From: Candidatus Eiseniibacteriota bacterium
Lineage (GTDB): Bacteria; Eisenbacteria; RBG-16-71-46
Assembly (NCBI GenBank): GCA_963725865.1
Contig: CAVSAC010000014.1
Span: forward strand, 736,001 to 800,000
Reading direction: 5' to 3'
DNA length: 64,000 bases
Below the pieces are notes generated by a model. The model saw only the letters and a program-made list of their open reading frames with translations. It was not told the DNA's origin and did no database searches. This document shows positions 53,560 to 64,000 of the stretch, one piece after another. Positions within the stretch are counted from its first letter, which is position 1; every line of letters starts with the position of its first letter. Both the position numbers and the translations under genes were made by a program.

Positions 53560-54294
53560 ATGGCGAGCACCAGGCCGTTCGCGCCCTCCGGCACCGCGCC
53601 GGGGACGCACCGCTTCTTCCGTCGCCGTTACGTGTGGCAGTGGCCCGTGCGTGTCTTCCATTGGGTGAACGCGATCGCGATCACCGGACTCTTCGCGACC
53701 GGGCTCTACATCGCGAGCCCCGTGCTCGCGCCCGCCGGCGAGGCGTGGCACAACTTCGTGATGGCGAAGGTGCGGCAGATCCACTTCGCCTGCGCGTACG
53801 TGTTCCTCATCAACTTCCTGTGGCGGATCTACTGGTTCTACATGGGGAACAACTTCGCGCGCTCGGGTTTCCCGATGGTGTGGAAGCGCGCCTGGTGGCA
53901 CGACCTGTTCCGCCAGGTCGGCGACTACCTGCGGCTCGAGCGCGGACACATCCACCTCGGCCACAATGCCATGGCGGGGCTGGCGTACACGCTGTTCGTG
54001 ATCCTGCTGGGCTGGCTCCAGATCTCGATCGGCTTCGCGATGTACTCGCAGACGCACCCGGGAGGCTTCTGGGACGTGCTGCTCGGCTGGGTGTTGCCCA
54101 TGCTCGGCGGGTCGTTCCAGGCGCTGATGTGGCACCACCTGTTCGCCTGGCTGTTCATCGTCTTCTCGATCGTGCACGTGTACATCGTGTTCTACGACGG
54201 CCAGCAGTACAAGAATGGCCTCGTGACCTCGATGGTGTCGGGCGAGAAGTTCTACCAAGAGGGGGACATTGACCCGAAGACCTGGATCTCCTGA
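53560..54294 (+). CDS. hyaC: Ni/Fe-hydrogenase b-type cytochrome subunit
   Basis: YVWQWPVRVFHW, RQIHF, GHNAMA, WHHL...IVHVY, SMVSGEK. Confidence 0.94.
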   Translation: MASTRPFAPSGTAPGTHRFFRRRYVWQWPVRVFHWVNAIAITGLFATGLYIASPVLAPAGEAWHNFVMAKVRQIHFACAYVFLINFLWRIYWFYMGNNFARSGFPMVWKRAWWHDLFRQVGDYLRLERGHIHLGHNAMAGLAYTLFVILLGWLQISIGFAMYSQTHPGGFWDVLLGWVLPMLGGSFQALMWHHLFAWLFIVFSIVHVYIVFYDGQQYKNGLVTSMVSGEKFYQEGDIDPKTWIS

Positions 54295-54832
54295 CTCCGC
54301 CGCCGGGGCCGCGCGCGCGCCGCTCGTGCTCGGCCTCGGCAACCTGCTGCTCCGCGATGATGCCGTGGGCCTCGAGCTGCTCGAGGCGTTGCGCCGCGAG
54401 GGCGCTGCCGGGAGCGGGCGCGTGGAGCTGGCCGACGGCGGCACCCAGGGGCTCGCGCTGCTCGGCGTGATCGGTGGCCGGCCGGCGTTGCTCGTGCTCG
54501 ACGCGGTGGCCGGGGGCGGTGCGCCGGGCGCCGTGCACGAGCTGACGGGCGAGCAGGCGCTCGCGCTGCGCCTGCAGCCCGGCGGCACCGCGCACGAGGG
54601 GGGCGCCGGGGCGTTGCTCGCCACGCTGCTGCTGGTCGGCGAGCTGCCGCCGTGGGTGCGCATCGTAGGCGTGGAGCCCGCAGTGGTGCGCACGGGCATC
54701 GGACTCTCGCCCGCCGTCGCCGCCGCGCTGCCCGCGGCGCTCGAACGGGCACGGGCGGGCATCGCCGACATGCTGGCCGCCTGCGAAGCTCCGGCGGGCG
54801 GGCGGTTGGGCGCCGCGGCCGCGGCGCGCTAG
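54269..54832 (+). CDS. hyaD: Hydrogenase maturation endopeptidase (HyaD/HybD)
   Basis: GLGNLLLRDDAVG, DGGT, VLDAV, TAHE, GLSPAV; TTG start uncertain. Confidence 0.9.
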   Translation: MTRRPGSPDSAAGAARAPLVLGLGNLLLRDDAVGLELLEALRREGAAGSGRVELADGGTQGLALLGVIGGRPALLVLDAVAGGGAPGAVHELTGEQALALRLQPGGTAHEGGAGALLATLLLVGELPPWVRIVGVEPAVVRTGIGLSPAVAAALPAALERARAGIADMLAACEAPAGGRLGAAAAAR

Positions 54833-54842
54833 TCTCGCCCGC

Positions 54843-55217
54843 GTGCACGAACTCTCCCTGGTCACCGAGGTCCACCGCAGCTGCCGCCAGCGCATCGACG
54901 CGCAGGGCGGGGGGCGGCTGGAGCGCGTCTGGCTGGCGGTCGGCGAGCTCTCGGCGGTCGAGCCCGAACTGCTCACGTTCGCGTGGGAGGCGGTGATCCA
55001 GGGCGGCCCCGACGCCGGCGCCACGCTCGACGTGGAGTGGCGACCGGCGCGCCAGGTGTGCGAGAGTTGCGGCGTGATCCCGGAGCGCGCGCCCGGCAGC
55101 TGGCTGCGCCTCTGTCCACGATGTGAGCAGCCGCTGCGCATCGAGGGCGGCGACGAGCTCGACATCCTGAAATTCTCGTTCACGCCAGCGGACGGCGCAC
55201 CCGGCACGCCACCATGA
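54843..55217 (+). CDS. hypA: Hydrogenase nickel metallochaperone
   Basis: MHELSL, VGELSAVEP, CESC...CPRC, GGDEL. Confidence 0.94.
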   Translation: MHELSLVTEVHRSCRQRIDAQGGGRLERVWLAVGELSAVEPELLTFAWEAVIQGGPDAGATLDVEWRPARQVCESCGVIPERAPGSWLRLCPRCEQPLRIEGGDELDILKFSFTPADGAPGTPP

Positions 55218-55882
55218 GCGACGTCGACGTCAAGCAGCGCATCCTGGCCGCCAACGAAGCCGCCGCCACGACCCTGCGCCGGGGCTTCCAGGACTCGCGC
55301 ACGCTGGTGGTCAACCTCATCTCGTCGCCGGGCTCCGGCAAGACCACGCTGCTGGAGGCCACCGTCTCGCTGCTCAAGCGCCACCTGCGGGTGGGCGTCA
55401 TCGTCGGCGACATCGCCACCGAGCGCGACGCCGAGCGCCTGCGCCGCGCCGGCGTACCCGCGCACCAGATCCTCACCGGCGGCGCCTGCCACCTCGACGC
55501 GCGCCAGATCGAGCGCGCGATGGACGAGGCCCACCTGCGCGGGCTCGACATCCTGTTCATCGAGAACGTCGGCAACCTGATCTGCCCGACCTCGTACGAC
55601 CTCGGCGAGGACTTCAAGGTGGTGCTGCTCTCGGTCACCGAGGGCGAGGACAAGCCGTACAAGTACCCGGCGATCTTCGCGCGCGCCGAGGTCACGGTGA
55701 TCACCAAGCTGGACCTGCTGCCGCACGTGTCGTTCCAGCTCGACGAGGTGCGGGAACAGGTGCGCACGCTGCGGCCCGACGGACGTCTCGTGCTCACGAG
55801 CTCGAACACCGGTGAGGGGATGATCGAGTGGTGCGAGCTGCTCACCGGGCGGCTGGCCGAGAAGCGCGGAGCGGCGGCATGA
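55214..55882 (+). CDS. hypB: Hydrogenase nickel incorporation GTPase
   Basis: SSPGSGKTT, TGGACHLDA, ENVGNLICP, EGEDKP, TKLDL. Confidence 0.96.
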   Translation: MSDVDVKQRILAANEAAATTLRRGFQDSRTLVVNLISSPGSGKTTLLEATVSLLKRHLRVGVIVGDIATERDAERLRRAGVPAHQILTGGACHLDARQIERAMDEAHLRGLDILFIENVGNLICPTSYDLGEDFKVVLLSVTEGEDKPYKYPAIFARAEVTVITKLDLLPHVSFQLDEVREQVRTLRPDGRLVLTSSNTGEGMIEWCELLTGRLAEKRGAAA

Positions 55883-56595
55883 TCGAGCCGACCGGGTTCT
55901 CGGTCAGCCTGCTGGTGGCCGCCGCCGGCATCGCGGTGACGCACACCGTGCTGGGCCCGGACCACTACCTGCCGTTCCTGATGCTGGCGCGCGCGCGCGG
56001 CTGGAGCCGCACCCGCACGCTGGTCGTGACCACGGCCTGCGGCGTCGGCCACGTGCTCTCGAGCATCGCGCTCGGCGCCGTCGGCCTGGCGATCGGGGCC
56101 GGGGTCGGCTGGGTGCAGCACTGGGAGGGCCAGCGCGGGGACTGGGCCGCCTGGGCGCTGGTCGCGTTCGGATTCGCCTACATGGTGTGGGGGGTGCGGT
56201 CCGCGATCCGGCGCCGCGCCGGGCTGTCGCCGCACGAGCACGACCATCACGTCCACATCCACCTCGGCGGCGGGCACCACCACCATCACGTCGATGCCGT
56301 CGGAAAGGACAGCACGAGCGCGTTCTGGACGCTGTTCATCGTGTTCGTGCTCGGTCCCTGCGAGCCGTTGATCCCGCTGTTCGTGCTGCCGGCGAGCCGC
56401 GGCGACTGGTCGCTCGCGGCGCTCACGGGGGCGGTGTTCGGCGCCATCACGATCGGCTCGATGATCGCGCTGGTACTGATCGGCCACACCACGCTCGAGC
56501 GCCTGCCGCTCGGCCGACTCGAGCGCTGGGCCCACGCGATGGCCGGCGCCGTGGTGATGGCGAGCGGGCTGGCGGTGATCTACCTGGGGCTGTAG
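55879..56595 (+). CDS. Putative nickel/cobalt transporter (NiCoT/UreH-like) with His-rich loop
   Basis: HTVLGPDHY, GVGHVLSS, HEHDHHVHIHLGGGHHHHH, LGPCE; about six TMs; ATGA overlap with hypB. Confidence 0.8.
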   Translation: MIEPTGFSVSLLVAAAGIAVTHTVLGPDHYLPFLMLARARGWSRTRTLVVTTACGVGHVLSSIALGAVGLAIGAGVGWVQHWEGQRGDWAAWALVAFGFAYMVWGVRSAIRRRAGLSPHEHDHHVHIHLGGGHHHHHVDAVGKDSTSAFWTLFIVFVLGPCEPLIPLFVLPASRGDWSLAALTGAVFGAITIGSMIALVLIGHTTLERLPLGRLERWAHAMAGAVVMASGLAVIYLGL

Positions 56596-56607
56596 GGGGG
56601 CGCGACT

Positions 56608-57000
56608 TCAGCGCGGCGGCGTCCCCGCGCTCGTGCCGCCCGGCGCCGACGTGACGACCGCCGCCGCCGCGTCGCGCACCAGCGCCAGCCGCAGCGCGCC
56701 GTAGCGCGCGCGCAGCAGCCAGCGCAGCAGCACGAACTGGCACAGCGCGAACACGATCAGCGTGAGGATCGCCGCACCCGCCCAGCCGATCCACAGCGAG
56801 CGGCCGACGCCGCTGCGCGACACCAGCCCGAGCGGCACCGCCAGCAGCTCGAACAGCGAGCCCAGCCCTTTCGCGATCAGCCCCGCCAGCAGCACCGCGA
56901 CGACGCTGCGCCACAGCACACCCCACACCACGGCGGCGCGCTCGAGGAACCGCAGGGCCGACCACTCCACCTCGACGCCCTTCACGACCGAGCCTTCCAT
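56608..57000 (-). CDS. Hypothetical membrane protein
   Basis: AAGGA RBS; two to three hydrophobic segments; follows hypE on the same strand. Confidence 0.65.
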   Translation of the reverse strand: MEGSVVKGVEVEWSALRFLERAAVVWGVLWRSVVAVLLAGLIAKGLGSLFELLAVPLGLVSRSGVGRSLWIGWAGAAILTLIVFALCQFVLLRWLLRARYGALRLALVRDAAAAVVTSAPGGTSAGTPPR

Positions 57001-57042
57001 CGGATTCCTTTCCCGGCGGTCCGCGCTCGCGCGGCGCCCGCC

Positions 57043-58110
57043 TCAGCAGATCCGCGGCAGCTGCTCGCCGCTGAGCATGTCGACCACGCGCTGGCCGCCG
57101 ATGCGGCTGCGCAGGAACACCCGCCCCGGGTGCTCGGCGACCACCTCGCCGATGATCGCCGCGCCGCGACCGAGCGGATGCGCGTGCATCGCCGCGAGCG
57201 CGTGATCCGCGGCGTGGGCGGCGACGATCGCGAGCACCTTGCCCTCGTTCGCCACGTAGAGCGGATCGAGCCCCAGGATCTCGCACGCGCCCCGCACCTG
57301 CTCGTCGATCGGGATCGCGGTCTCGTCCAGCCGCATGCCGACCCGCGCGGCCTGCGCGATCTCGTTGAGCGCGCTCGACACTCCGCCGCGCGTCGGATCG
57401 CGCAGCACGTGCGCGCGCGGGCCGCAGGCGGCCAGCACGTCGGCGACCAGGGTGTGGAGCGCCGCCGAGTCGCTCTCGATGGTGGTCTCGAACGTCAGCC
57501 CCTCGCGCACCGACAGGATGGCGATGCCGTGCTGGGCGATCGGCCCGTTCACCAGCACCCGGTCACCGACCTTCGCACGGGTGGGCAGCAGCGACACGCC
57601 GGGTGGCACCACCCCGATGCCGCTGGTGTTGATGAACACTCCGTCGCCCTTGCCGCGGTCGACGACCTTGGTGTCGCCCGTCACCACGCTCACGCCCGCC
57701 GCGGTGGCCGCGGCCTGCATCGAGCACACGATGCGCCACAGCTCCTCCATCGGCAGGCCTTCCTCGAGGATGAACCCGGCGGTGAGTGCCACCGGCGTCG
57801 CGCCGCACATCGCCAGGTCGTTCACGGTGCCGTGCACCGCCAGCGAGCCGATGTCGCCGCCGGGGAAGAACCGCGGGCTGACGACGAACGAGTCGGTCGA
57901 CACCGCGATGCGCCCGCTCGACAGCTCGAGCAGGGCGCCGTCGTGCATCGCGTCGAGCGCGGGATTGGAGAACGCGCGCGCGAACACGCGTTCGATCAGC
58001 ATCTGGCTCATGCGCCCGCCGCCGCCATGCGCCAGCAGCACGTACGGGTAGTCCGCGATCGGGAGCGGGCAGGTGGCCCCCAGGAGGTCGGCGGCTGCGA
58101 GCTTGCTCAT
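57043..58110 (-). CDS. hypE: Hydrogenase maturation carbamoyl dehydratase
   Basis: [40 protein letters not shown]-terminal PRIC. Confidence 0.96.
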   Translation of the reverse strand: MSKLAAADLLGATCPLPIADYPYVLLAHGGGGRMSQMLIERVFARAFSNPALDAMHDGALLELSSGRIAVSTDSFVVSPRFFPGGDIGSLAVHGTVNDLAMCGATPVALTAGFILEEGLPMEELWRIVCSMQAAATAAGVSVVTGDTKVVDRGKGDGVFINTSGIGVVPPGVSLLPTRAKVGDRVLVNGPIAQHGIAILSVREGLTFETTIESDSAALHTLVADVLAACGPRAHVLRDPTRGGVSSALNEIAQAARVGMRLDETAIPIDEQVRGACEILGLDPLYVANEGKVLAIVAAHAADHALAAMHAHPLGRGAAIIGEVVAEHPGRVFLRSRIGGQRVVDMLSGEQLPRIC

Positions 58111-59195
58111 CCCGCCCTCTTGTATTGGTAGTACGCTGCGCACGCGCCCTCGCTGGAGACCATCGGCGCGCCGAGCGGCCGCTCCGGCGTGCACTGGGTC
58201 CCGAACGCCGAGCAGTCGTGCGGCTTCTTCTGGCCGATCATGATGAGCCCGGCGATGCACAGCGGCGACTCCTGCGCCGCCACCCCGCCGACATCGAAGC
58301 GCTGCTCGGCGTCCCAGCGCTCGTAGCCCTTGCGCAGCCGGTAGCCGCTCATCGGGATCACGCCGATGCCGCGCCACGCGCGGTCGCACACCTCGAACAC
58401 GTCGCGCATGAGCCGCTGGGCCGGCAGGTTCCCCGCGGCCGTGACCGCGCGCGAGTACTGGTTCTCGACCCCGACGCGCCCCTCCTCGAGCGCGCATACC
58501 GCCATGTAGACGCCCTGCGCCAGGTCGAGCGGCTCGAAGCCGGTCACCACGATCGGCACCTGGTGGCGCGTCGCGATCGGCCCGTACTCGCCGGTGCCCA
58601 TGACCGCGCACACGTGCCCGGCGGCGAGGAAGCCCTGCACCAGGTTGTCCGGCGCACCCAGCAGCGCCTCCATCGCGGGCGGCACCAGCACGTGCGAGAC
58701 CAGCACCGAGAAGTTGTCGAGGCCGAGCTGCTTCGCTCTCCAGACCGCCATCGCGTTCGCGGGGGCGGTGGTCTCGAATCCAACGGCGAAGAACACCACG
58801 TGCCGATCGGGGTGCTGCCGCGCCAGCTTCACCGCGTCGAGCGGCGAATACACCATGCGCACGTCGCCGCCCTGGGCCTTCACGCTCAGCAGGTCGGTGG
58901 TGGAGCCGGGCACCCGCAGCATGTCGCCGAACGAGGTGAAGATCACCTCCGGCCGCCGCGCGATCGCGAGCGCGCGATCGATCATCTCCAGCGGCGTGAC
59001 GCACACCGGGCAGCCGGGTCCGTGCACCAGCGTGATCGATTCGGGCAGCATGCGGTCGATGCCGGTCTTGATGAACGTGTGGGTCTGGCCGCCGCAGATC
59101 TCCATCAGCGTCCACGGCCGCGTCACCCGCTCGCGGATCGCGCGCACGAACTTCTTCACGTCCGCTTCCTGGCGGTACTCATCGAGGTACTTCAT
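58107..59195 (-). CDS. hypD: Hydrogenase maturation protein D
   Basis: [33 protein letters not shown]. Confidence 0.97.
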   Translation of the reverse strand: MKYLDEYRQEADVKKFVRAIRERVTRPWTLMEICGGQTHTFIKTGIDRMLPESITLVHGPGCPVCVTPLEMIDRALAIARRPEVIFTSFGDMLRVPGSTTDLLSVKAQGGDVRMVYSPLDAVKLARQHPDRHVVFFAVGFETTAPANAMAVWRAKQLGLDNFSVLVSHVLVPPAMEALLGAPDNLVQGFLAAGHVCAVMGTGEYGPIATRHQVPIVVTGFEPLDLAQGVYMAVCALEEGRVGVENQYSRAVTAAGNLPAQRLMRDVFEVCDRAWRGIGVIPMSGYRLRKGYERWDAEQRFDVGGVAAQESPLCIAGLIMIGQKKPHDCSAFGTQCTPERPLGAPMVSSEGACAAYYQYKRAG

Positions 59196-59220
59196 CGCGA
59201 TCTCCGCAGCGGCAGCGCCG

Positions 59221-59478
59221 CTACTCCGGCTGGGGGATGTCGAGCTCGCCGAGCTCGCCCATCTCCTGGAGCGTGCGGAACACCTCCTGCGCCTCCTGCT
59301 CGCTCACCTGGCTGATGGCGAAGCCGACGTGCACGATGACGTAGTCCCCCTCTTTCACCTCGGGCGTGTACGCGAGGCACACCTCCTTGGTCACGCCGCC
59401 GAACGACACCGTGCCCATGTTCATCCCGCCCGGTCCCGGGACGATCGTCATCACCCTGCCGGGTACGCCGAGGCACAT
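59221..59478 (-). CDS. hypC: Hydrogenase maturation chaperone
   Basis: [28 protein letters not shown]. Confidence 0.96.
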   Translation of the reverse strand: MCLGVPGRVMTIVPGPGGMNMGTVSFGGVTKEVCLAYTPEVKEGDYVIVHVGFAISQVSEQEAQEVFRTLQEMGELGELDIPQPE

Positions 59479-59521
59479 TTGCGCTCCTCTCGATTCGACG
59501 CGCGAGACGGCCGCGGTCCCC

Positions 59522-61846
59522 TCACTCCCCACGCATGTGCGCGGCCGCGACGGCCGCGACGGCCGCCTGTCCCAGGCTCAGGCCGCCGTCGTTGGGCGGC
59601 ACCTGGCGGTGGGCCAGCACGCGAAAGCCCGCCTGATCGAGCGCGTGCGTGGCGCCCTCCAGCAGCAGGCGGTTCTGGAAGCACCCGCCGCTCAGCACGA
59701 CGACTTCAAAGCCGATGTCGTTCGCCATCCGGACCATGCCCGCCACCAGCGCGGCGTGGATCCTCGCCGCCATGATACCCCGTGCGACTCCGCTCGCGAG
59801 GTCCGAGAGCACGGCCCGTACGAGCGGGCGCCAGTCAAGGACCCGAGGCCCCTTGGACCTCACCGGAGTCAGGGCGATTGGATACGCGCCGCGGTTGCCC
59901 GGCTCCGCCAGGCGCTCGAGCGCGATCGCGGCCTGTCCCTCGTAGGTGATGCGCGGGTGGAGCCCGAGCAGCGCGGCGAGACCGTCGAACAGTCGCCCGG
60001 CACTCGTGGTCACCGGCGAGTTCACCTCGCCGGCGAGCATCTCCCGCAGCACCCATCGTTCGGTCGGGCTGAACGACGCCACCGGCTCGAGGTCCACGCG
60101 CTCCAGCGCGTCCTCGCCGAACATCTCCCAGATCAGCCCGATCGCGGAGCGCCGCGGCTCGCGCACGGCGGCCTCGCCGCCCGGCAGTCGGAACGGCAGC
60201 AGGTGGCCGATGCGCGCGTAGGCCGACAGGGCCGGGCCGCCGACCAAGAACTCTCCGCCCCAGATGGTGCCGTCGCCGCCGTAGCCGGTGCCATCCCAGA
60301 TGATACCGAGCGCCGAGTTCATGAGTTCGCCGTTCTCCACCAGACAGGACGCCAGGTGTGCGTAGTGGTGCTGCACGGGCACCAGCCGCGGCGTGCCGGG
60401 CAGCCGCGCTCCGTGCTCGATCGCCCACCGCGTACTGACGTAGTCGGGGTGCGGGTCGTGCGCGATCGCGACCGGACGCGCGTCGTACATGCGCAGGAAG
60501 TCGGCGATCACGCGCTCGAACGCGTCCTCGGCCTCGGGGGTCTCGAGATCGCCGACGTGCTGGCTGACGAACACCTGCCGTCCGATCGCGAGCGCCACCG
60601 TGTTCTTCAGATGCCCGCCCACCGCCAGCACGGTGGGCACCTCCCGCGGCAGGCGCAAGGGCAGCGGCGCGTACCCACGCGCGCGGCGCAGCAGCCGGAA
60701 CTCGCCGTCCACCATCCAGCCCACGCTGTCATCGACGTGCCGCTCGATCGGGCGGTCGTGCACCAGCAGCAGGTCGGCGATCGGGCCGAGGCGCGCGAGC
60801 GCCTCGCGCTCGTCGATCGCGATCGGCTCGTCGGTGAGATTGCCGCTGGTGGCCACCAGCGCGCGGCCGACCGCGTCCATCAGCAGGTGGTGGAGCGGCG
60901 TGTACGCGAGCATCACGCCGAGCTGCGCGAGCCCCGGCGCCACGTTCGCGTCCGCCGGCGCGTCCGCGCGGCGCGGCAACAGCACGATCGGCGCCCCGCG
61001 TGACTCCAGCATCGCGGCCGCCGTCTCGTCGACCTCGACCAGCGTGCGCGCCTGCGGGAGGTCGCGGCACATCAGCGCGAACGGCTTCTCCTGGCGGCCC
61101 TTGCCCTCACGCAGCCGGGCGACCGCCGCGGCGTCGGCGGCGTCGCACATCAGGTGGAAGCCGCCGAGGCCCTTGACCGCCACGATGTGCCCCTCGCACA
61201 GCGCCGCGGCGGTGCGCGCGAGCGCTTCCGCGCGCGTCGCGAGCACGACGCCGTCGCGGTCCCACAGCGCGAGCGCCGGCCCGCACGCGGGGCAGGCGAT
61301 CGGCTGCGCGTGGAAGCGCCGGTCGCGCGGGTCCTCGTACTCGCGCCGGCAGTCGGCGCACAGCGGGAAGTCGCGCATCGTGGTGTTCGGCCGGTCGTAC
61401 GGCAGCGCCCGGATGATCGAGAAGCGCGGTCCGCAATCGGTGCAGTTGGTGAACGGGTAGCCGTGGCGCCGCTCGCGCGGGTCGGCGATCTCGGCGCGGC
61501 AGGCGGCGCAGGTCGCCAGCTCCGGCAGCAGCACCGCGAGTCGCTCGCCGCCCGCGTCGCTGGGACGGATCTCGAACCCCGCCAGGCCCGCGGCCGGCAG
61601 CCACGCGTGCTCGAGCGCGTGAACGTACGCGGCCTGCGGGGTCTCGGCGCCGACGCGCGCGAGGAAGCGCTCGAGGGCGGCGCGCGGTCCCTCGACCTCG
61701 AGTACCACGCCGCGCGTGTCGTTCACCACCCAGCCGGCGAGCGCGAGCTCGGTCGCGAGGCGGTAGACGAACGGGCGGAACCCGACGCCCTGCACGGCAC
61801 CGCGGATCTCGACGCGCAGTCGCTCGATGGCCGGGACCGGCGTCAT
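59522..61846 (-). CDS. hypF: Carbamoyltransferase HypF
   Basis: GAVQGVGFRP, two zinc fingers, KGLGGFHL, TSGN, QHHYAH, DGTGYG, PPNDGG. Confidence 0.97.
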   Translation of the reverse strand: MTPVPAIERLRVEIRGAVQGVGFRPFVYRLATELALAGWVVNDTRGVVLEVEGPRAALERFLARVGAETPQAAYVHALEHAWLPAAGLAGFEIRPSDAGGERLAVLLPELATCAACRAEIADPRERRHGYPFTNCTDCGPRFSIIRALPYDRPNTTMRDFPLCADCRREYEDPRDRRFHAQPIACPACGPALALWDRDGVVLATRAEALARTAAALCEGHIVAVKGLGGFHLMCDAADAAAVARLREGKGRQEKPFALMCRDLPQARTLVEVDETAAAMLESRGAPIVLLPRRADAPADANVAPGLAQLGVMLAYTPLHHLLMDAVGRALVATSGNLTDEPIAIDEREALARLGPIADLLLVHDRPIERHVDDSVGWMVDGEFRLLRRARGYAPLPLRLPREVPTVLAVGGHLKNTVALAIGRQVFVSQHVGDLETPEAEDAFERVIADFLRMYDARPVAIAHDPHPDYVSTRWAIEHGARLPGTPRLVPVQHHYAHLASCLVENGELMNSALGIIWDGTGYGGDGTIWGGEFLVGGPALSAYARIGHLLPFRLPGGEAAVREPRRSAIGLIWEMFGEDALERVDLEPVASFSPTERWVLREMLAGEVNSPVTTSAGRLFDGLAALLGLHPRITYEGQAAIALERLAEPGNRGAYPIALTPVRSKGPRVLDWRPLVRAVLSDLASGVARGIMAARIHAALVAGMVRMANDIGFEVVVLSGGCFQNRLLLEGATHALDQAGFRVLAHRQVPPNDGGLSLGQAAVAAVAAAHMRGE

Positions 61847-61892
61847 GACCGCGGCGCCCGCGCGCCGACGCCCCGCCGCGGACGGCCCATCG

Positions 61893-62954
61893 TCAGCGCC
61901 ACCCTTCGCGCACCGCGCGCTCGTAAGCCGGCCAGTAGGGATCGGGCTCGGGCGCGAGCAGGCGCCGCACGGCGCCGTCGGGCTCGGTCAGGTAGAGCGC
62001 GCCGGAGCCCTTCATCAGCTCGCCCACTTCCGCCGCCTCGATGCCCGCCTCGCGCAGCGACTCGAGCAGCGCGGGTGCGGCGGCCGGCCGCACGGTGGCG
62101 ATCAGCGAGCCGCTCGAGAGCGCCCAGCCGGGATCGGCGATGCCGAACACTTCGCACACGGTGCGCACCTCGGGCGCGAGCGGGATGCGCGCGCGTTCCG
62201 CGCGCACGTCGCACCCGCAGGCCTGCGCCAGCTCGATCAGCCCGCCGAGCACACCGCCCTCGGTGGCGTCGTGCAGCGCCGTCACGCCGCGCTCGCGCAC
62301 TCCGATCCGCACCGCGGCGCGGCAGTCCTCGACCACGCTCACGCGCGCCAGCAGCGCCCGCATGCGTGCGAGCGCGTCGGGCTCGAGCACCGCGGCGAGC
62401 CGCTCCGGAAACAGGTGCGCGGCCACCGCCGCAGTCTCGATCGCGCAGCCCTTGGTGATCACGACCCGGTCGCCGGCCTGCGCCATCGCGGGCGAGAGCC
62501 AGCGGCCATCGTCGCCCACCCCGACCAGCGTCGCGGCCCCCACGATCGACAGCTCGCAGCCGTCGTAGCGCCCGGTGTGGCCGGTGACCACCGCGATCCC
62601 GAGGCGGGCCCACTCGTCGCTCATCGCCTCCCAGTAGGCCGCGAACGTCGCGTCGTCGAGCGACTGCGGGAGCGCGAACGACGCGCTCGCGTAGGCGGGC
62701 GGGATGCCGGTCGTCCACAGGTCGGAGGCGAGCAGGTGGCACGAGAGCCGCGCGGATGCCGCGGGCCCGAGCGCCGGGACGAGCGAGAGCGGGTCGGTGG
62801 TCATCGCCATCACCCGCCCCGCGCCGATCCGCACGATCGCCGCGTCGCAGCCCGGCCGCGGCCCGATCAGCACCTCCGCGCGCGCCGCGCCGAGGCCGGC
62901 GCCGAGGGTGCGCGCGAGGGCGGCGGGCGCCAGCTTGCCGAGCGAAGGTCCCAT
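61893..62954 (-). CDS. AIR-synthase/PurM-fold protein (HypE-like paralogue)
   Basis: GKL start, DAAIV, TTDP, VTGHTG, LHDATEGG, SSGSLI; no C-terminal PRIC. Confidence 0.85.
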   Translation of the reverse strand: MGPSLGKLAPAALARTLGAGLGAARAEVLIGPRPGCDAAIVRIGAGRVMAMTTDPLSLVPALGPAASARLSCHLLASDLWTTGIPPAYASASFALPQSLDDATFAAYWEAMSDEWARLGIAVVTGHTGRYDGCELSIVGAATLVGVGDDGRWLSPAMAQAGDRVVITKGCAIETAAVAAHLFPERLAAVLEPDALARMRALLARVSVVEDCRAAVRIGVRERGVTALHDATEGGVLGGLIELAQACGCDVRAERARIPLAPEVRTVCEVFGIADPGWALSSGSLIATVRPAAAPALLESLREAGIEAAEVGELMKGSGALYLTEPDGAVRRLLAPEPDPYWPAYERAVREGWR

Positions 62955-63025
62955 GCCCGCACTCTAGCCGCGGGCCGCCGGCGGGCGCCAGCGCGCGGCC
63001 CGCGCACCGCGGCGCACGCGCCGCG

Positions 63026-63700
63026 TCAGCGCGCGGCGCTGCGCTCGTCGATCACGCCCGCCGCCGCGCCCTCGGCCAGCACCCACGCGGCGGCGCGGCC
63101 GGTCAGCTCGGGATCGCCGGCCTGCGGATCGGCGAGCGCCGCGCTCGTGAGCACCGCGAACTCGGTGCCGGGCCGCGCGCCGCCGCCGAGCAGCGACACC
63201 AGCCCCTCCGCGAACACGCGTCCGAGCGCCACCGCGTCCGGCCGGCCGCCGGCGCGCGGCGCCGCGGCGATCATCACCACGCGTTTCACCGCGGCCGCGG
63301 AGCCGTTGAGATGGCGCAGCAGCCCGAGCACGAACAGCCCGGGCGCGCCACACGCACCGCGCAGCGCCGCGTGCGCGGCCTCGGCGTCGAGCGCGTTGAG
63401 CCAGCCGGCCGCCGGCGGCGGGAACACCGCCACCAGGTGGTCGATGCCGCCGAACTCGCGCCGCGCCACCGCCGCGATGCGCGCGAGCGTGGCGGGATCG
63501 TCGGCCGCGCCGGACGCGGTGCGCAGGTGCGGGACCGTCTCGGGATCGGCGTCGAGGTAGAAGCGCTCGGCAGCCTCGTCGGTGTCCACCGGCACCACCA
63601 CGCGGGCGCCCGCCAGCAGCAGCGCGCGCGTCACCGCGATGCCGGCGCCCGCGGCGCCGCCCCCGACCACCACCACCTGGTCCTGCAGTCGCGGCAGCAT
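63026..63700 (-). CDS. SDR-like Rossmann-fold protein, atypical
   Basis: VVVVGGGAAGAGIAV, AGARVVV, FGGIDHLV; no YxxxK seen; GGAGGG RBS. Confidence 0.65.
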   Translation of the reverse strand: MLPRLQDQVVVVGGGAAGAGIAVTRALLLAGARVVVPVDTDEAAERFYLDADPETVPHLRTASGAADDPATLARIAAVARREFGGIDHLVAVFPPPAAGWLNALDAEAAHAALRGACGAPGLFVLGLLRHLNGSAAAVKRVVMIAAAPRAGGRPDAVALGRVFAEGLVSLLGGGARPGTEFAVLTSAALADPQAGDPELTGRAAAWVLAEGAAAGVIDERSAAR

Positions 63701-63733
63701 GTGCGTTCCCTCCGCGCGAGCCCGCGCGCCGCC

Positions 63734-64000
63734 TCAGCGGCGCAGGCGCCAGACCACCAGCGGCGGGGTGAGCAGGGTGGTGAGCACCACCATGATGACC
63801 ACCGCCGAGTACACCGCGTCGTCCACCACGCGCTCGCCCGCGATGTGGAGCGTGGCCCCGATGCCGGCGAAGATCAGCCCCACCTCGCCGCGCGGGATCA
63901 TCCCGAGTCCGACCGCGAGCCGGTCGACGCCCCGCTCGAGCACGCCCAGCGAGCACGCCTGCTTGCCGACCACCGCCGCGAGCGTGAGCGCCGCCGCGAA
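63734..64000 (-). CDS. Cation:proton antiporter (CPA2), 5' partial
   Basis: VVGKQAC, GMIPRGEVGLIFA, TTLLTPP. Confidence 0.88.
   Translation of the reverse strand, partial: FAAALTLAAVVGKQACSLGVLERGVDRLAVGLGMIPRGEVGLIFAGIGATLHIAGERVVDDAVYSAVVIMVVLTTLLTPPLVVWRLRR

Overview
A very GC-rich, gene-dense bacterial chromosomal segment with no rRNA, tRNA, CRISPR array, transposase, integrase or phage gene that I can recognise. Secreted proteins with T9SS-like/FlgD-Ig C-terminal domains suggest an FCB-group-related, probably uncultured organism (inference only). From left to right: an RND efflux pair; a small zinc-ribbon gene and a secreted protein; queE-queC-queD; an epimerase; a GT51 transglycosylase; a DtxR-regulated feoA(frameshifted)-feoB operon with a palindromic operator; a GH20 hydrolase; hisN-like, methyltransferase, racemase and fhs genes; a signal-peptide/TM-anchored TPR-CHAT protease + ECF sigma + zinc-finger anti-sigma operon facing a CPBP protease and two paralogous secreted BNR/PPC proteins; an ARG-box-controlled argR-C-B-D-G-(H::A)-F operon; an HDOD protein; a membrane-YbaK fusion; an M14 peptidase; a polyphosphate cluster (sixA, two thymidylate-kinase-like paralogues, CHAD, ppx) with no ppk1/ppk2; and an O2-tolerant-type membrane-bound [NiFe]-hydrogenase with full hyp maturation genes. 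The strongest candidates for little-described systems are the tandem TMK-like polyP kinase locus, the CRISPR-free extracytoplasmic CHAT/anti-sigma/sigma cascade, and the membrane-tethered tRNA-deacylase domain. All calls come from motif recognition by eye; no database searches were run.
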